Notes: generated by a model not told the origin, from the letters alone. DNA of 64,000 bases from Thermoanaerobaculia bacterium (GCA_963664405.1 OY761158.1:32001-96000); one strand, 5' to 3'; counted from the first letter of the stretch, positions 1-9,710 are shown. A program made the numbers and translations.

Positions 1-5
1 CGCGC

Positions 6-2684
6 TCACAAGCCCCCCTCGGAGAACATCTCGAGCACCTTGGCCCGCCAGTTCTGGACCAAGACTAGACGCTCCTCCTCGTCCTCTGCCGCCTGGATCA
101 TGAGAAAGCGACCGTCGGGGTGGACGGCGTAGTTCTGGAAGCGCAAGCGCCCTCTCAAGCGCAGGTAATCATCCTCGAAGAGTGGCTCGGGACGGCGGGT
201 GACGAGATCCTCGCCGGAGATCTCGACCGGAATCGTCATCATGTGGGTCGGGCTGCGGTAGAGGATCTCGCTGCCTTCGGGGGAGAAGCTCGCCTCCTGG
301 CCGCCGTCGGAGGTGAGCTGACGCGGCTCGCCGGGACCGGGGAAGGGCCGGATCCAGACGTTCTCCTCGCCCTGAACGACCATCGAGTAGGCGATCCAAC
401 GTCCGGCGGGGTGAAAGCGGGCGGCGCGGACCACGTTCCCCTCGAGGAGGGTCTCGGACTCCCCGCTCTCCCGGTCGAAGACCCAGAGTCCAGGGAAATC
501 GAAGTTCGTGTAGAGCATGTAGCGCCCGTCCGGGGAAAAATCCAGCGGTGCCTGTTCGTGCTCCGACGGTACGAGACGCTCCGCCGGGGCAGTCCGATCG
601 TCAGGCTGGATGTAGATCTGAAAGCGCCCCTCGAAGCGATCCGACATGAAGACGATCTCCTGGCCGTCGGGCGGCACCCACATCGCGACACTGTTGCGAT
701 TCCCCTCCTGGGTCGGGCGGGTCCAGGAGCCGGTCCCGAGGTCGAGCATCCACTGCTCGTAGTCCCCCCTGGCGTTGCGGGCTGGGACCGCGATCCGGCG
801 CCAGTCCAGGGAGTATCGCGGGAGCGCGAAAGGCTTGCGCTCCGGCGCCACCTCCTCGATGTCCAGGCCGTCGCGACTCACCCAGACCAGGCGGGCCCCA
901 CTCCGACTCCCGAGAACGTAGAGCAGGTCGCCCGAGTCTGCGAGCGCGAAGCGGCCCACATCGACGCCAATGCCGGGGACCGGGGCCACCCCGGTCTCGA
1001 CCTGACGCGCTGGGCCGAGGAGGTCGGCGGTCTCGGGATCGATCGGCGCCACCCACAGTCCGCCTTCGCGATAGAAGACCAAAAAACCCGGATCGAGATA
1101 GAACGGCTGCGCCCCAGGGACCAGAACCCGTTCCTGGCCAGTCTCGAGGTCCACCGCCCGAACATCGCTCCAGAAGCCCTCCTGACGCTCGTATCTCAAG
1201 TGGGCCAGGGCGACCCGCTCACCAGGCAGAAGCGCGGTGCCGATGCCATGCCCCACCTGCTCGGAGACACCCCCGTCCGCCGGAATCCGCCATAGCTCGA
1301 GAGACGTGGAGCTCCCTATGCCAAGCGAGTAGTAGAGGAAGCCATCGCGCCCCCAGACACCGTCTACGCGGATCCCTTCCACCAGAACGTTGGCGCCTCC
1401 ACCCCCCACGGGAAGCGTCTTCAGACTGCCCCCGGCGTCCACGAAGGCAAGCTGCTGGCCGTCGGGCGAGATGATCGGGAAGAGGGCACCGTCGCTGCCG
1501 GAGATGCGCTCGACGACCAGGGAGTCGAGAGAGCGCCGGTAGAGGCTGGTCTCGGCTTCCTCGCGACGGCGGAAGACCACCATCCGACCGTCCGGAGAGA
1601 GCACGAAGGGCTGATCCGGAGCTGCCTCGAGATCGAGAGCCGTGACCGTCCAGGTGTCGTCCGGCACGGTGCCGTCGGATCCATCGCTTCCATCCCGGAA
1701 CATGACGATGCCGAAGACAAGACCCACCACCAGAGCGATGAGGGCGACTGCTCCGCCGAGGACCGCCGATACCTGACGCCGGGCTGGTGCCGCCTCGCCA
1801 CCGGCTGGCGCGTCGATGTCCGGCTGGTCGAGCACCCCTCGGATCTCGATCCGAACGTCGGCGATGTCGTGAAGGCGCTCCCGCGGATCCTTCGTCAAAC
1901 ACCGTCGGAGCAGTCTCCTGATCGCTCTCGGCGTCGCCGGGGGGAGCTTGCCCCAGTCGATCTCCGCTCTGAGCACCGCTGCCAGCGTGTCGGCGGCATC
2001 GTCGCCGCGGAACGCCCTCGATCCCGTCAGCGTCTCGTAGAGACACACGCCGAAGGCCCAGACGTCGGCCCTTCTATCGACCTCTTTCCCCTTGGCTTGC
2101 TCGGGCGACATGTAGGCCGCCGTGCCGAGAATCTGGCCCCCGAGCGTGGCCGCTTGGGTCAGCGTGGGCGATTCCGAAGGGTCGCTCTCCGGGCCCGTTG
2201 CCGGAGCCATTGCCTTGGCCAGACCGAAGTCAAGAATCTTGACGTTGCCGTCGTCGGTGACCTTGATGTTCGCGGGTTTGAGATCCCGGTGGATCACTCC
2301 CTTCTCGTGCGCTGCCTCAAGCCCCTCGGCGATTTGGAGAAACAGAGGGATCGCCTCGTCGACGGGAATCGGGCCGTGAGCAATCCGATCGGCCAGAGTC
2401 TCGCCCTCGACCAGTTCCATGACCAGGAAGCCCGTGTCACCTTCCCGCTCGAAGGCGTGGAGGCTGGCGATGTTCTTGTGGTTGAGCGAGGCGAGAACTC
2501 GCGCCTCGCGCTCGAAGCGGGATAGACGCTCCGGATTGGCGGAGACCTCTTCGAGTAGAAGCTTGAGCGCGACTTCGCGACCGAGCTTCGTGTCCTTGGC
2601 TCGATACACTTCTCCCATGCCTCCTGCACCTAGCGAGGAGACCACTTCGTAGTGGCCGAGGCGAGTGCCAGCTTCTAGAGCCAT
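6..2684 (-). CDS. Hanks-type Ser/Thr receptor kinase with TM helix and C-terminal PD40/TolB-like beta-propeller
   Basis: GAGGMGEVY, VALK, HRDLKPAN, DFG, YMSPEQ motifs; hydrophobic helix at about aa 305-330; repeated SPDG motifs. Confidence 0.93.
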   Translation of the reverse strand: MALEAGTRLGHYEVVSSLGAGGMGEVYRAKDTKLGREVALKLLLEEVSANPERLSRFEREARVLASLNHKNIASLHAFEREGDTGFLVMELVEGETLADRIAHGPIPVDEAIPLFLQIAEGLEAAHEKGVIHRDLKPANIKVTDDGNVKILDFGLAKAMAPATGPESDPSESPTLTQAATLGGQILGTAAYMSPEQAKGKEVDRRADVWAFGVCLYETLTGSRAFRGDDAADTLAAVLRAEIDWGKLPPATPRAIRRLLRRCLTKDPRERLHDIADVRIEIRGVLDQPDIDAPAGGEAAPARRQVSAVLGGAVALIALVVGLVFGIVMFRDGSDGSDGTVPDDTWTVTALDLEAAPDQPFVLSPDGRMVVFRRREEAETSLYRRSLDSLVVERISGSDGALFPIISPDGQQLAFVDAGGSLKTLPVGGGGANVLVEGIRVDGVWGRDGFLYYSLGIGSSTSLELWRIPADGGVSEQVGHGIGTALLPGERVALAHLRYERQEGFWSDVRAVDLETGQERVLVPGAQPFYLDPGFLVFYREGGLWVAPIDPETADLLGPARQVETGVAPVPGIGVDVGRFALADSGDLLYVLGSRSGARLVWVSRDGLDIEEVAPERKPFALPRYSLDWRRIAVPARNARGDYEQWMLDLGTGSWTRPTQEGNRNSVAMWVPPDGQEIVFMSDRFEGRFQIYIQPDDRTAPAERLVPSEHEQAPLDFSPDGRYMLYTNFDFPGLWVFDRESGESETLLEGNVVRAARFHPAGRWIAYSMVVQGEENVWIRPFPGPGEPRQLTSDGGQEASFSPEGSEILYRSPTHMMTIPVEISGEDLVTRRPEPLFEDDYLRLRGRLRFQNYAVHPDGRFLMIQAAEDEEERLVLVQNWRAKVLEMFSEGGL

Positions 2685-2744
2685 TGACTTGGCGACATCA
2701 TACCCGTCGCCCGGGGGATCAGCGGCTCAGAGCTCGATCTGTGC

Positions 2745-2771
2745 TGTCGCACCTCACCGAATTTCACGACA
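2745..2771. repeat. Palindromic site A, TGTCG-N17-CGACA
   Basis: TGTCGCACCTCACCGAATTTCACGACA; same spacing at four other intergenic sites. Confidence 0.75.
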
Positions 2772-2949
2772 ACCCCTCGTCGGAGATACTTGAACGAAGG
2801 CCGCTACGCGGCAGTCTCGGAATCCGGATCGAAGACGGACGGATACTCCGGCACGGTGGGATCTAGCTTGAGCTAGTCAAGGTCTAGGAAAGTCTCCATC
2901 CTCTTGGTTTGGCGTCAATGCCGACGCCTGCAACGAGGAGGACCCTGTC

Positions 2950-3810
2950 ATGGGTGCACTGAGAGATCGGATGGAGACGGACATGAAGCTGCACGACTTT
3001 CGACCGGCGACCCAATCGCAGTACTTGCACTGCGTGCGCCGGCTGGCGAAGCACTACGGGCGCTCGCCCGATGAGCTGTGCGAAGAGGAGGTGCGCAGTT
3101 TCCTGCTCTACCTACGCGAGGACCGTGCTTTGAGCTCGGCGAGTATCAGCACCTACACGGCGGCGCTGAAGTTCTTCTACGGGATCACCCTTCACCGCGA
3201 GGAGATGGTGCCCTCGTTAGGCGCTCCGAAGGTGCGCAGGCAGCTTCCGGTCATCCTCTCTGGCACCGAGGTCGCGGCGGTGCTTGGCGCGATCCGCTCG
3301 CACGAGCTGCGTACGTTGGCCACGGTTCTGTACGCTTCGGGCCTGCGCATCAGCGAAGCGTGCGCGCTGGAGGTGTCAGACATCGACTCCGAGCGCATGC
3401 TGATCCATGTGCGCGACGGTAAGGGCGGCCGCGACCGCTTCGCCCTTCTCAGCCCGCAGCTGCTCAAGGTGCTGCGTCGATACTTCCGCAAAGAGCGCCC
3501 CGAGCCGCCCTATCTGTTTCCCGCTCCGCGCTCCGGCAAGACGTTGCGCCCCGACACGGTGCGTAAGAGCCTGCATCGGGCGGCTTTGCGCTGCGGGATT
3601 GTCAAGCGTGTGACCCCACACCTGCTGCGTCACTGCTTTGGCGCCCACATGCTGGAACTGGGCACTGATATCCGTGTGCTGCAGGCGCTGTTGGGTCACC
3701 GCTCGATCCGCACGACCCAGCTGTACGTACAGGTCTCCACCCAGCTGATCGCGCGCACCCCAAGCCCGTTGGACCTGCTCGGCACTCCCGCGGGCAAGGT
3801 CCTCGGATAA
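2950..3810 (+). CDS. Tyrosine recombinase/integrase (N-terminal SAM-like domain)
   Basis: Catalytic R (GLRISE), K (GKGG), HxxR (HLLRH), H (LLGH), Y (TTQLY). Confidence 0.95.
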   Translation: MGALRDRMETDMKLHDFRPATQSQYLHCVRRLAKHYGRSPDELCEEEVRSFLLYLREDRALSSASISTYTAALKFFYGITLHREEMVPSLGAPKVRRQLPVILSGTEVAAVLGAIRSHELRTLATVLYASGLRISEACALEVSDIDSERMLIHVRDGKGGRDRFALLSPQLLKVLRRYFRKERPEPPYLFPAPRSGKTLRPDTVRKSLHRAALRCGIVKRVTPHLLRHCFGAHMLELGTDIRVLQALLGHRSIRTTQLYVQVSTQLIARTPSPLDLLGTPAGKVLG

Positions 3811-3828
3811 CCGCGCGCTACAGCAACC

Positions 3829-5055
3829 GTGCACCCCCAGCAGGGGTGCGCTCGGCAGCTCGACCGCAAAGCGGGTCGGTCTCGCTATGACCTGGGCGAG
3901 ATCTTCCGGGCGCACATCGACGCCTTCCGTGACCGCCACTTCTTGAGTCCTTTACAGGCTCAGGTGGTGCGGGCGATCTGTGCCTGCCGCACCGCGCAGC
4001 TGGGCGGGCATCTGGACGTGTGTCGGGACTGCGGCTATAGGCGCCCTGCGTATAACTCATGCCGGAATCGTCACTGCCCCAAGTGCCAGGCGCTGGATCA
4101 GCACCGTTGGCTCGAGCGGCGCCTGTCTCGCATTCTCCCGGTCGGCTACTTTCACGTCGTCTTCACCCTGCCGGGGGAGCTCGCCTCAGTGGGTCTGCGC
4201 AACCGCCGCCTTGTCTACGAGCTGCTCTTCCGAGCCGCGGCGGAAACGCTTCTGACCCTCGGCAAGGATCCCCAACGGCTCGGAGCCCTGCTCGGCATCA
4301 CGATGGTGCTGCACACCTGGACTCGGGACCTGCGTTTCCACCCCCATATCCACGCCATCGTCACCGGCGGAGGACTCAGCCTCGACGGACGGCGGTGGCT
4401 CTCGACGGGCGAGAAGTATCTGTTTGCCGTCAAGCTTCTGGGGAGGCTGTACCGCGGTAAGTTTCTCGGCCACCTGGCCCGTGCCTACAAAGACGGACAG
4501 CTCGACCTGCCACGAGATCTGGCCGAGGACGGTGGCTTCGATCGCCTGCTGTCGAAGCTCTACGCCAAGGACTTCATCGTCTACGCCAAGCGTCCCTTCG
4601 CCGGTGCGCAGCAGGTCTTCTCCTACCTGGGCCGCTATACCCATCGAGTCGCACTGTCCAACCACAGAATCCTCAACGTCACGGAGCAGGCCATCACCCT
4701 CGCCACGCGCGATGGCAAGACCGTGACGCTCTCTCCCGAGGAGCTCATCCGCCACTTTGTGCTGCACGTCCTGCCCCGACGATTCCAAAAGATTCGCCAC
4801 TATGGACTCATGGCCTCGGCCAACGTCCACTCTCGCCTCGAGCGAGCCCGCGCTCTGCTCGAGTCCACCGCCACAGCGACCCAGGCCGAAACCTCCCACC
4901 CCATCCCCATCGAGTCGGAAACCACAAACGAGCTCCTCCAACGCCTCACCGGCATCGACCTCGCGATCTGTCCCGCCTGCCAAGGTCCCCGCCTCCAACG
5001 TTTCCCCCTCGACCCTCCTGCCTACGCCCGGCCTCCACCGGTGGCGGCCGCGTGA
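3829..5055 (+). CDS. IS91-family (HUH/Y2) rolling-circle transposase
   Basis: Zn-binding CxxC...NSCRNRHCPKC, HUH motif HPHIH, YLGRY motif, C-terminal CPAC. Confidence 0.95.
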   Translation: MHPQQGCARQLDRKAGRSRYDLGEIFRAHIDAFRDRHFLSPLQAQVVRAICACRTAQLGGHLDVCRDCGYRRPAYNSCRNRHCPKCQALDQHRWLERRLSRILPVGYFHVVFTLPGELASVGLRNRRLVYELLFRAAAETLLTLGKDPQRLGALLGITMVLHTWTRDLRFHPHIHAIVTGGGLSLDGRRWLSTGEKYLFAVKLLGRLYRGKFLGHLARAYKDGQLDLPRDLAEDGGFDRLLSKLYAKDFIVYAKRPFAGAQQVFSYLGRYTHRVALSNHRILNVTEQAITLATRDGKTVTLSPEELIRHFVLHVLPRRFQKIRHYGLMASANVHSRLERARALLESTATATQAETSHPIPIESETTNELLQRLTGIDLAICPACQGPRLQRFPLDPPAYARPPPVAAA

Positions 5056-5388
5056 TCCCACGCCTTTCTCTTCCCGCGCTCCCGGTCCCGCCGCGGACAA
5101 GGCGGAGGTGTGCCCGCGGTGGCTCCGAACCCAAAATCGAGACGCCGGTGGACCTCCCAGGGGCCGCGCAGGCGCCTGACCGCAACCCAGTGCACCTCTG
5201 GAACTACCTCACAACCCTCGACCTGGGGCGCGTCGCGCGCAGCACAGCCTGCCAACGAGGCTGATAACCCCATACACAACCGCTCGTCTGGCGGCCTCCG
5301 CTCAAGCCAGGTCTAGCAGAATCCCGCTCGGGTAGATCCGCGCGACGACGAACCTCCTGCCTCGCGGGACTCTGCGAGATCCTTCTCC

Positions 5389-5436
5389 TTATCTGCTTTC
5401 GGCTATACGTGTCGTCCTCCGCCAGATAAGGCGACA
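5389..5436. repeat. 48-bp direct repeat containing site B (TGTCG-N17-CGACA at 5410-5436)
   Basis: 41/48 identical to 6440-6487 by manual alignment. Confidence 0.85.
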
Positions 5437-5462
5437 GCACGGCGCAGGCGTCAAGAATCCTT

Positions 5463-6440
5463 TCAATAGTCCTCGCCAGAGGGAGAGAGCCTCGATGCTT
5501 CCGCCTGTCCGCCACGCAGTATGGTCGGCATGCTGTAGTTGCCCTCGTGACAGGCGAACTCGAAGATCGGTACATCATGGCGCGTCATCGAAAACTCGCC
5601 GGTCCAAGCCTGGGTGTACAACTCGTCATCCTCGACGGTGAATCGGTAGAGCAATTCGCGGTCGGAGACCCGCGTGAAACGCTCGGTTAGCCTAGTCTTC
5701 GGGCCGATCAGGAGCGCTCGACCGAAGACTTCCCGAGCTGGATCTTCGCCGCGGAAGTGAGTCGTTTCCACCACGAGAGTGTCGCCCTCCCAGCGGCCCC
5801 TCGAGTAGCCGTCAAGGCTCCGCAGCGAGTCAGACGGTGGCGCACCTTGGAGGTGGATCAAACGAAGCCCGACAGCGTCCTCGGTCAGGATCACGAAGGT
5901 GTCGCGAGATTGGAAGATCTGGTGAGGTACGAAGAGAGGAGCCGCACGAATGGGCGGAGATCCCCAACCCTCCAGGCAGCGCTCGGCGAGCGGCCGCTGA
6001 TCGGCGCTGTCGAACATGTGCTCCCTGCGCCGCTGCGCCCAGTCAACGAGTTCCAACCCGACCTCGCTCAGGGGCATCTTCCCGTCCTCTGGCTCGACGA
6101 TCACCGACGTGCGGTACTCGCCTAGGACCTGTGCGAGGTTCACAATGCCGTGGTTCTCAATATCGGAATCGATGTTGTCGGGCAGGCCGTTCAAGAAGAC
6201 TGCCGCGATCGCTTTCGCGTCCTCCGGGGTCGCGATCAAGTTCTCGACGCCCTCGGGCCTTTCGAGCGTGGTCGCGAAGTCGGGTGCCCAGACACCCTGG
6301 AAGTCGGGTTGGTCGTAGGCCGTCCTGGGAACTACGTAGGGGTTCGAAGACTGGGCGACAGTTCCAGCAGGGGCACCCACGAGGACCAGGAGGGAGAGAG
6401 TCGCTCGGAGATAGATCAGGTCCCTACTTGATTCAGCCAT
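5463..6440 (-). CDS. Secreted hypothetical protein
   Basis: Likely start MAESSR at 6440; signal-peptide-like N-terminus; PDFQGVW, GRWEGDTLVVET and EFACHEGNY motifs that I recall from an uncharacterised family. Confidence 0.8.
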   Translation of the reverse strand: MAESSRDLIYLRATLSLLVLVGAPAGTVAQSSNPYVVPRTAYDQPDFQGVWAPDFATTLERPEGVENLIATPEDAKAIAAVFLNGLPDNIDSDIENHGIVNLAQVLGEYRTSVIVEPEDGKMPLSEVGLELVDWAQRRREHMFDSADQRPLAERCLEGWGSPPIRAAPLFVPHQIFQSRDTFVILTEDAVGLRLIHLQGAPPSDSLRSLDGYSRGRWEGDTLVVETTHFRGEDPAREVFGRALLIGPKTRLTERFTRVSDRELLYRFTVEDDELYTQAWTGEFSMTRHDVPIFEFACHEGNYSMPTILRGGQAEASRLSPSGEDY

Positions 6441-6487
6441 TATCTGCCTTCGGTCATCCGTGTCGTCATTCGCCAGATAAGACGACA
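6440..6487. repeat. 48-bp direct repeat containing site C (6461-6487)
   Basis: Fills almost the whole gap between the kinase 2 stop (6492) and the next ATG (6440). Confidence 0.85.
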
Positions 6488-6491
6488 TCCC

Positions 6492-9194
6492 TCAGTCGGT
6501 GGGGACGAGGCGCTTCAGCTCCTCGAACCAGTTCTCGATGATCGTGATCTGCGGCCTCACCTGTCCGGTTTCGCCGGTGGAGTCGGCCCCCAGCCCAGCC
6601 GCTTTGAGGAGCAGGAATCTGTCCTTCTCGGAGTCGTAATCCCAGGACACGCCAGGACCATTGACCACATCCAGATACCCTCCGTCGATCAGGACCTCCG
6701 GATCCTCATTCCAGAACGTGGGCCCTGTCTCGACCAAAGCGACCATGACCGCGCCGTCACTGTTTCGGCGAAAGAATAACTCCCGGCCGTCGTCCGACCA
6801 GCGAGGCGCGTGCCCACCGGCTGTCGAGACCTGACTGATGTCGCCGAGTCCGGGGTAGCGCTCCACAAACACCTCCGACTGGCCGTTCCTGTCCGACGAA
6901 TACGCGATCCATCCGCCATCGGGAGAGATGGCCGGATGGAGTTCGTCGGCCTCGGTCTCCAGCAGCGGTTCCCACTCGCCACTCTCCATCGCCATCGTCC
7001 CCACATTGGCTCCCTTGTCGACGCTGGTGTAACCGAAGATCAGCGTGGCCCCGTCATCGGCCCAGCTGTAAGGCATCAGAAAAGTGACTGTCTCGCCCTG
7101 CATCAGATGTTCGACCTGGCCGGACCCATCGGCCGCTATCTGGAAGAAGCCAAGCTGCCCGTCCACCCGCGTGGATGCGAACACGATCTCGCGGTCGCCT
7201 GGAGCATAGATCGGCACGTTTTCCATATCGGGGCTGTTGGTCAGGTTGGTGCGTGTCGGGGGATTTCGGTTCAGGTCCGAGGTCCATACATCCTGGTTCC
7301 CTGAGTTCGCGTCCCGGACGCTCATCGCCAGCCGCGTTCCGTCGGAGGACAGACGTGTCCACCAATAGTTGCCCGGTTCGAGACCCACTTCGTCCTCGTT
7401 CCCGTGCCGGTCCACCCAGACCAGCTCCCCACGCAGACCGGTCACGCCTGCACTGGCGTATATCAAAGTCCCATCCTCGGAGATCCCATAGTTGGCACTC
7501 GAAGAAACGACCGCCCTCTGGAGACCCAGCTCGAGCGACACGGCAGTACCGGTCGTTTCGAGCGTGCCCGGATCGAATCCAACCGCGAACAGGGCATCGT
7601 CCACCACATAGACGAGGTGCCCGGTCGGGATGTACCGGGCGTCACTACCGCCCCGCAGAACTGTTCGCTCTCCAGGGGAGTCGAGAGACTCGACAACGAT
7701 CTGCGCACTGGCCCAGCTGCCCGGTGCGCCGACCGTAAACAGGACGCTTCGACCATTGGGCAGGAGCTGGGGGCTGTCCAACGCCTCACCGGCTGAGGGC
7801 TCGATGATCCGTTCAGGGGACCCGCCGCTGGCGGCAACGCTATAGATTCCGTCGGGCGCTGCAAACAAAATCCTGTCGTCCTCACCCCAGGTGAGACCCC
7901 ACGGGCGAGGGGTTTGACCCACTCTGGAGGGACTCCCTCCTGTGATGGGGATCGTTTCGATCTGGGCGTTCCGCCAGAAGCCCACAGCCTGGCTGTCGGG
8001 CGAGAAGAACGGGCTCCCGCTATCTTCGGTTCGGGGCAGGGGCCGCGCATCCAGCTCGTTCATGGTCCGTACGTAGAGTCCATCGGTGGTCGCGAATGCG
8101 AAACGGCTTCCATCTCGTGCGATCGAGAGTGTGGAATAGAGTCCGTTCACGAAGTTCGTCCCTTCGGGCAGCTCGTAGACCCATCGGCGGACTGGGCGGG
8201 GATCGCCGGGTTTGAACATCCATGCGCCCACGCCGACGAGGGCGGCCACGAGCGCAATCGCGGCGACCCACGGCAACTTCTTCTGTGGAACTGTCTGGAC
8301 GATCGCGGGCGCCGGCTGTGCCAGCACGCCGCCGGGGTCGGCGAGAACCTTCTGGATATCCACCCTGACATCCCCGATATCGCGATATCGGTCCCGCACG
8401 TCCTTCTCGAGACAACGCTCGAGCACTTCTCGTAAACGCTCATGTAGCTGCGGAGGAAGGCCCATCCACTCCGGCTCCCCGCGTATGACGGCGGCGAGGA
8501 TATCGGTCACGTCGCTACCCGGAAACGCGGGGCGGCCGGAGAGCATCTCGTAGAGCACGCAGCCGAACGCCCAGACATCGGTACGCTTGTCGATGTCGCG
8601 CCCTCGGGTCTGTTCCGGGGACATGTAAGCGGCCGTCCCCAGGATCACCCCCTTCTGGGTTGCCTGCATGCTCAAGGTCGGCGAGTTCGACAGGTTGACG
8701 TCACTCTCGTCCCCAGAAAACGCCTTCGCCAGTCCGAAGTCGAGCACCTTGACCTTACCGTCGTCGGTCACTTTGATGTTCGCGGGCTTGAGGTCGCGAT
8801 GAATGACGCCTTTCTCGTGAGCAGCCTCTAGACCCTCGGCAATCTGGAGAAAGAGCGGCAGCGCCTCATCGACGGGTATCGCCCCTCGCTTGATCCGGTC
8901 GGCCAACGTCTCGCCCTCGACCAGCTCCATGACCAGGAAGCTGGTGTCGCCGTCCTTTTCGAAGCCGTGGAGCGTGGCGATGTTGTTGTGGTTCAGCGAG
9001 GCAAGGAGGCGGGCCTCGCGCTCGAAGCGGGCGAGCCGTTCAGGGTCGGTTGAGACCTCTTCCAAGAGGAGCTTGACCGCCACCTCACGACCGAGCTTCG
9101 TGTCGCGGGCACGGTAGACCTCTCCCATGCCTCCTGCACCGAGGGAGGAGACCACTTCATAGTGACCGAGCTTCGTACCTGCTTCTAGTGTCAT
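6492..9194 (-). CDS. Hanks-type Ser/Thr receptor kinase with PD40/TolB-like beta-propeller (paralog of 6..2684)
   Basis: Same kinase motifs, TM helix and propeller repeats. Confidence 0.93.
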   Translation of the reverse strand: MTLEAGTKLGHYEVVSSLGAGGMGEVYRARDTKLGREVAVKLLLEEVSTDPERLARFEREARLLASLNHNNIATLHGFEKDGDTSFLVMELVEGETLADRIKRGAIPVDEALPLFLQIAEGLEAAHEKGVIHRDLKPANIKVTDDGKVKVLDFGLAKAFSGDESDVNLSNSPTLSMQATQKGVILGTAAYMSPEQTRGRDIDKRTDVWAFGCVLYEMLSGRPAFPGSDVTDILAAVIRGEPEWMGLPPQLHERLREVLERCLEKDVRDRYRDIGDVRVDIQKVLADPGGVLAQPAPAIVQTVPQKKLPWVAAIALVAALVGVGAWMFKPGDPRPVRRWVYELPEGTNFVNGLYSTLSIARDGSRFAFATTDGLYVRTMNELDARPLPRTEDSGSPFFSPDSQAVGFWRNAQIETIPITGGSPSRVGQTPRPWGLTWGEDDRILFAAPDGIYSVAASGGSPERIIEPSAGEALDSPQLLPNGRSVLFTVGAPGSWASAQIVVESLDSPGERTVLRGGSDARYIPTGHLVYVVDDALFAVGFDPGTLETTGTAVSLELGLQRAVVSSSANYGISEDGTLIYASAGVTGLRGELVWVDRHGNEDEVGLEPGNYWWTRLSSDGTRLAMSVRDANSGNQDVWTSDLNRNPPTRTNLTNSPDMENVPIYAPGDREIVFASTRVDGQLGFFQIAADGSGQVEHLMQGETVTFLMPYSWADDGATLIFGYTSVDKGANVGTMAMESGEWEPLLETEADELHPAISPDGGWIAYSSDRNGQSEVFVERYPGLGDISQVSTAGGHAPRWSDDGRELFFRRNSDGAVMVALVETGPTFWNEDPEVLIDGGYLDVVNGPGVSWDYDSEKDRFLLLKAAGLGADSTGETGQVRPQITIIENWFEELKRLVPTD

Positions 9195-9242
9195 TCGATG
9201 AGCGCGATTCTACCCTTCGAGCTCAACCAGCTGGATTCGCGG

Positions 9243-9269
9243 TGTCGTCCTCCACCACGAAAGACGACA
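9243..9269. repeat. Palindromic site D, TGTCG-N17-CGACA
   Basis: TGTCGTCCTCCACCACGAAAGACGACA. Confidence 0.8.
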
Positions 9270-9335
9270 CGCAGGCCCGCAAGTCCCCGTATTTGCTGGA
9301 TTCTCTTGGTGCCCCAAGGGCGAAAGGCGACAGTT

Positions 9336-9362
9336 TGTCGCGATATGTGCGTGGGTGCGACA
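9336..9362. repeat. Palindromic site E, TGTCG-N17-CGACA
   Basis: TGTCGCGATATGTGCGTGGGTGCGACA; 17 bp from the end of IS copy 2. Confidence 0.7.
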
Positions 9363-9710
9363 CCTAAGCCCCGAAACACAGAAGGATCTCGCAGAGTCCC
9401 GCGAGGCAGGAGGTTCGTCGTCGCGCGGATCTACCCGAGCGGGATTCTGCTAGACCTGGCTTGAGCGGAGGCCGCCAGACGAGCGGTTGTGTATGGGGTT
9501 ATCAGCCTCGTTGGCAGGCTGTGCTGCGCGCGACGCGCCCCAGGTCGAGGGTTGTGAGGTAGTTCCAGAGGTGCACTGGGTTGCGGTCAGGCGCCTGCGC
9601 GGCCCCTGGGAGGTCCACCGGCGTCTCGATTTTGGGTTCGGAGCCACCGCGGGCACACCTCCGCCTTGTCCGCGGCGGGACCGGGAGCGCGGGAAGAGAA
9701 AGGCGCGCGA

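Larger units (their letters stand above)
2790..5386 (+). mobile_element. IS91-family element with tyrosine recombinase, copy 1
   Basis: Near-identical to the reverse complement of 9380-11976; shared sequence runs from TTGAACGAAGG to GAGATCCTTCT; no target duplication seen. Confidence 0.92.

Noticed and set aside
2950-3810. Canonical integron integrase (IntI) with attC array
   Set aside because: At 286 aa there is no visible IntI-specific insertion, and the nearby sites lack RYYYAAC/GTTRRRY boxes
2745-9362. CRISPR array interpretation of the repeats
   Set aside because: Repeats are separated by whole genes, are degenerate, and no cas genes are present
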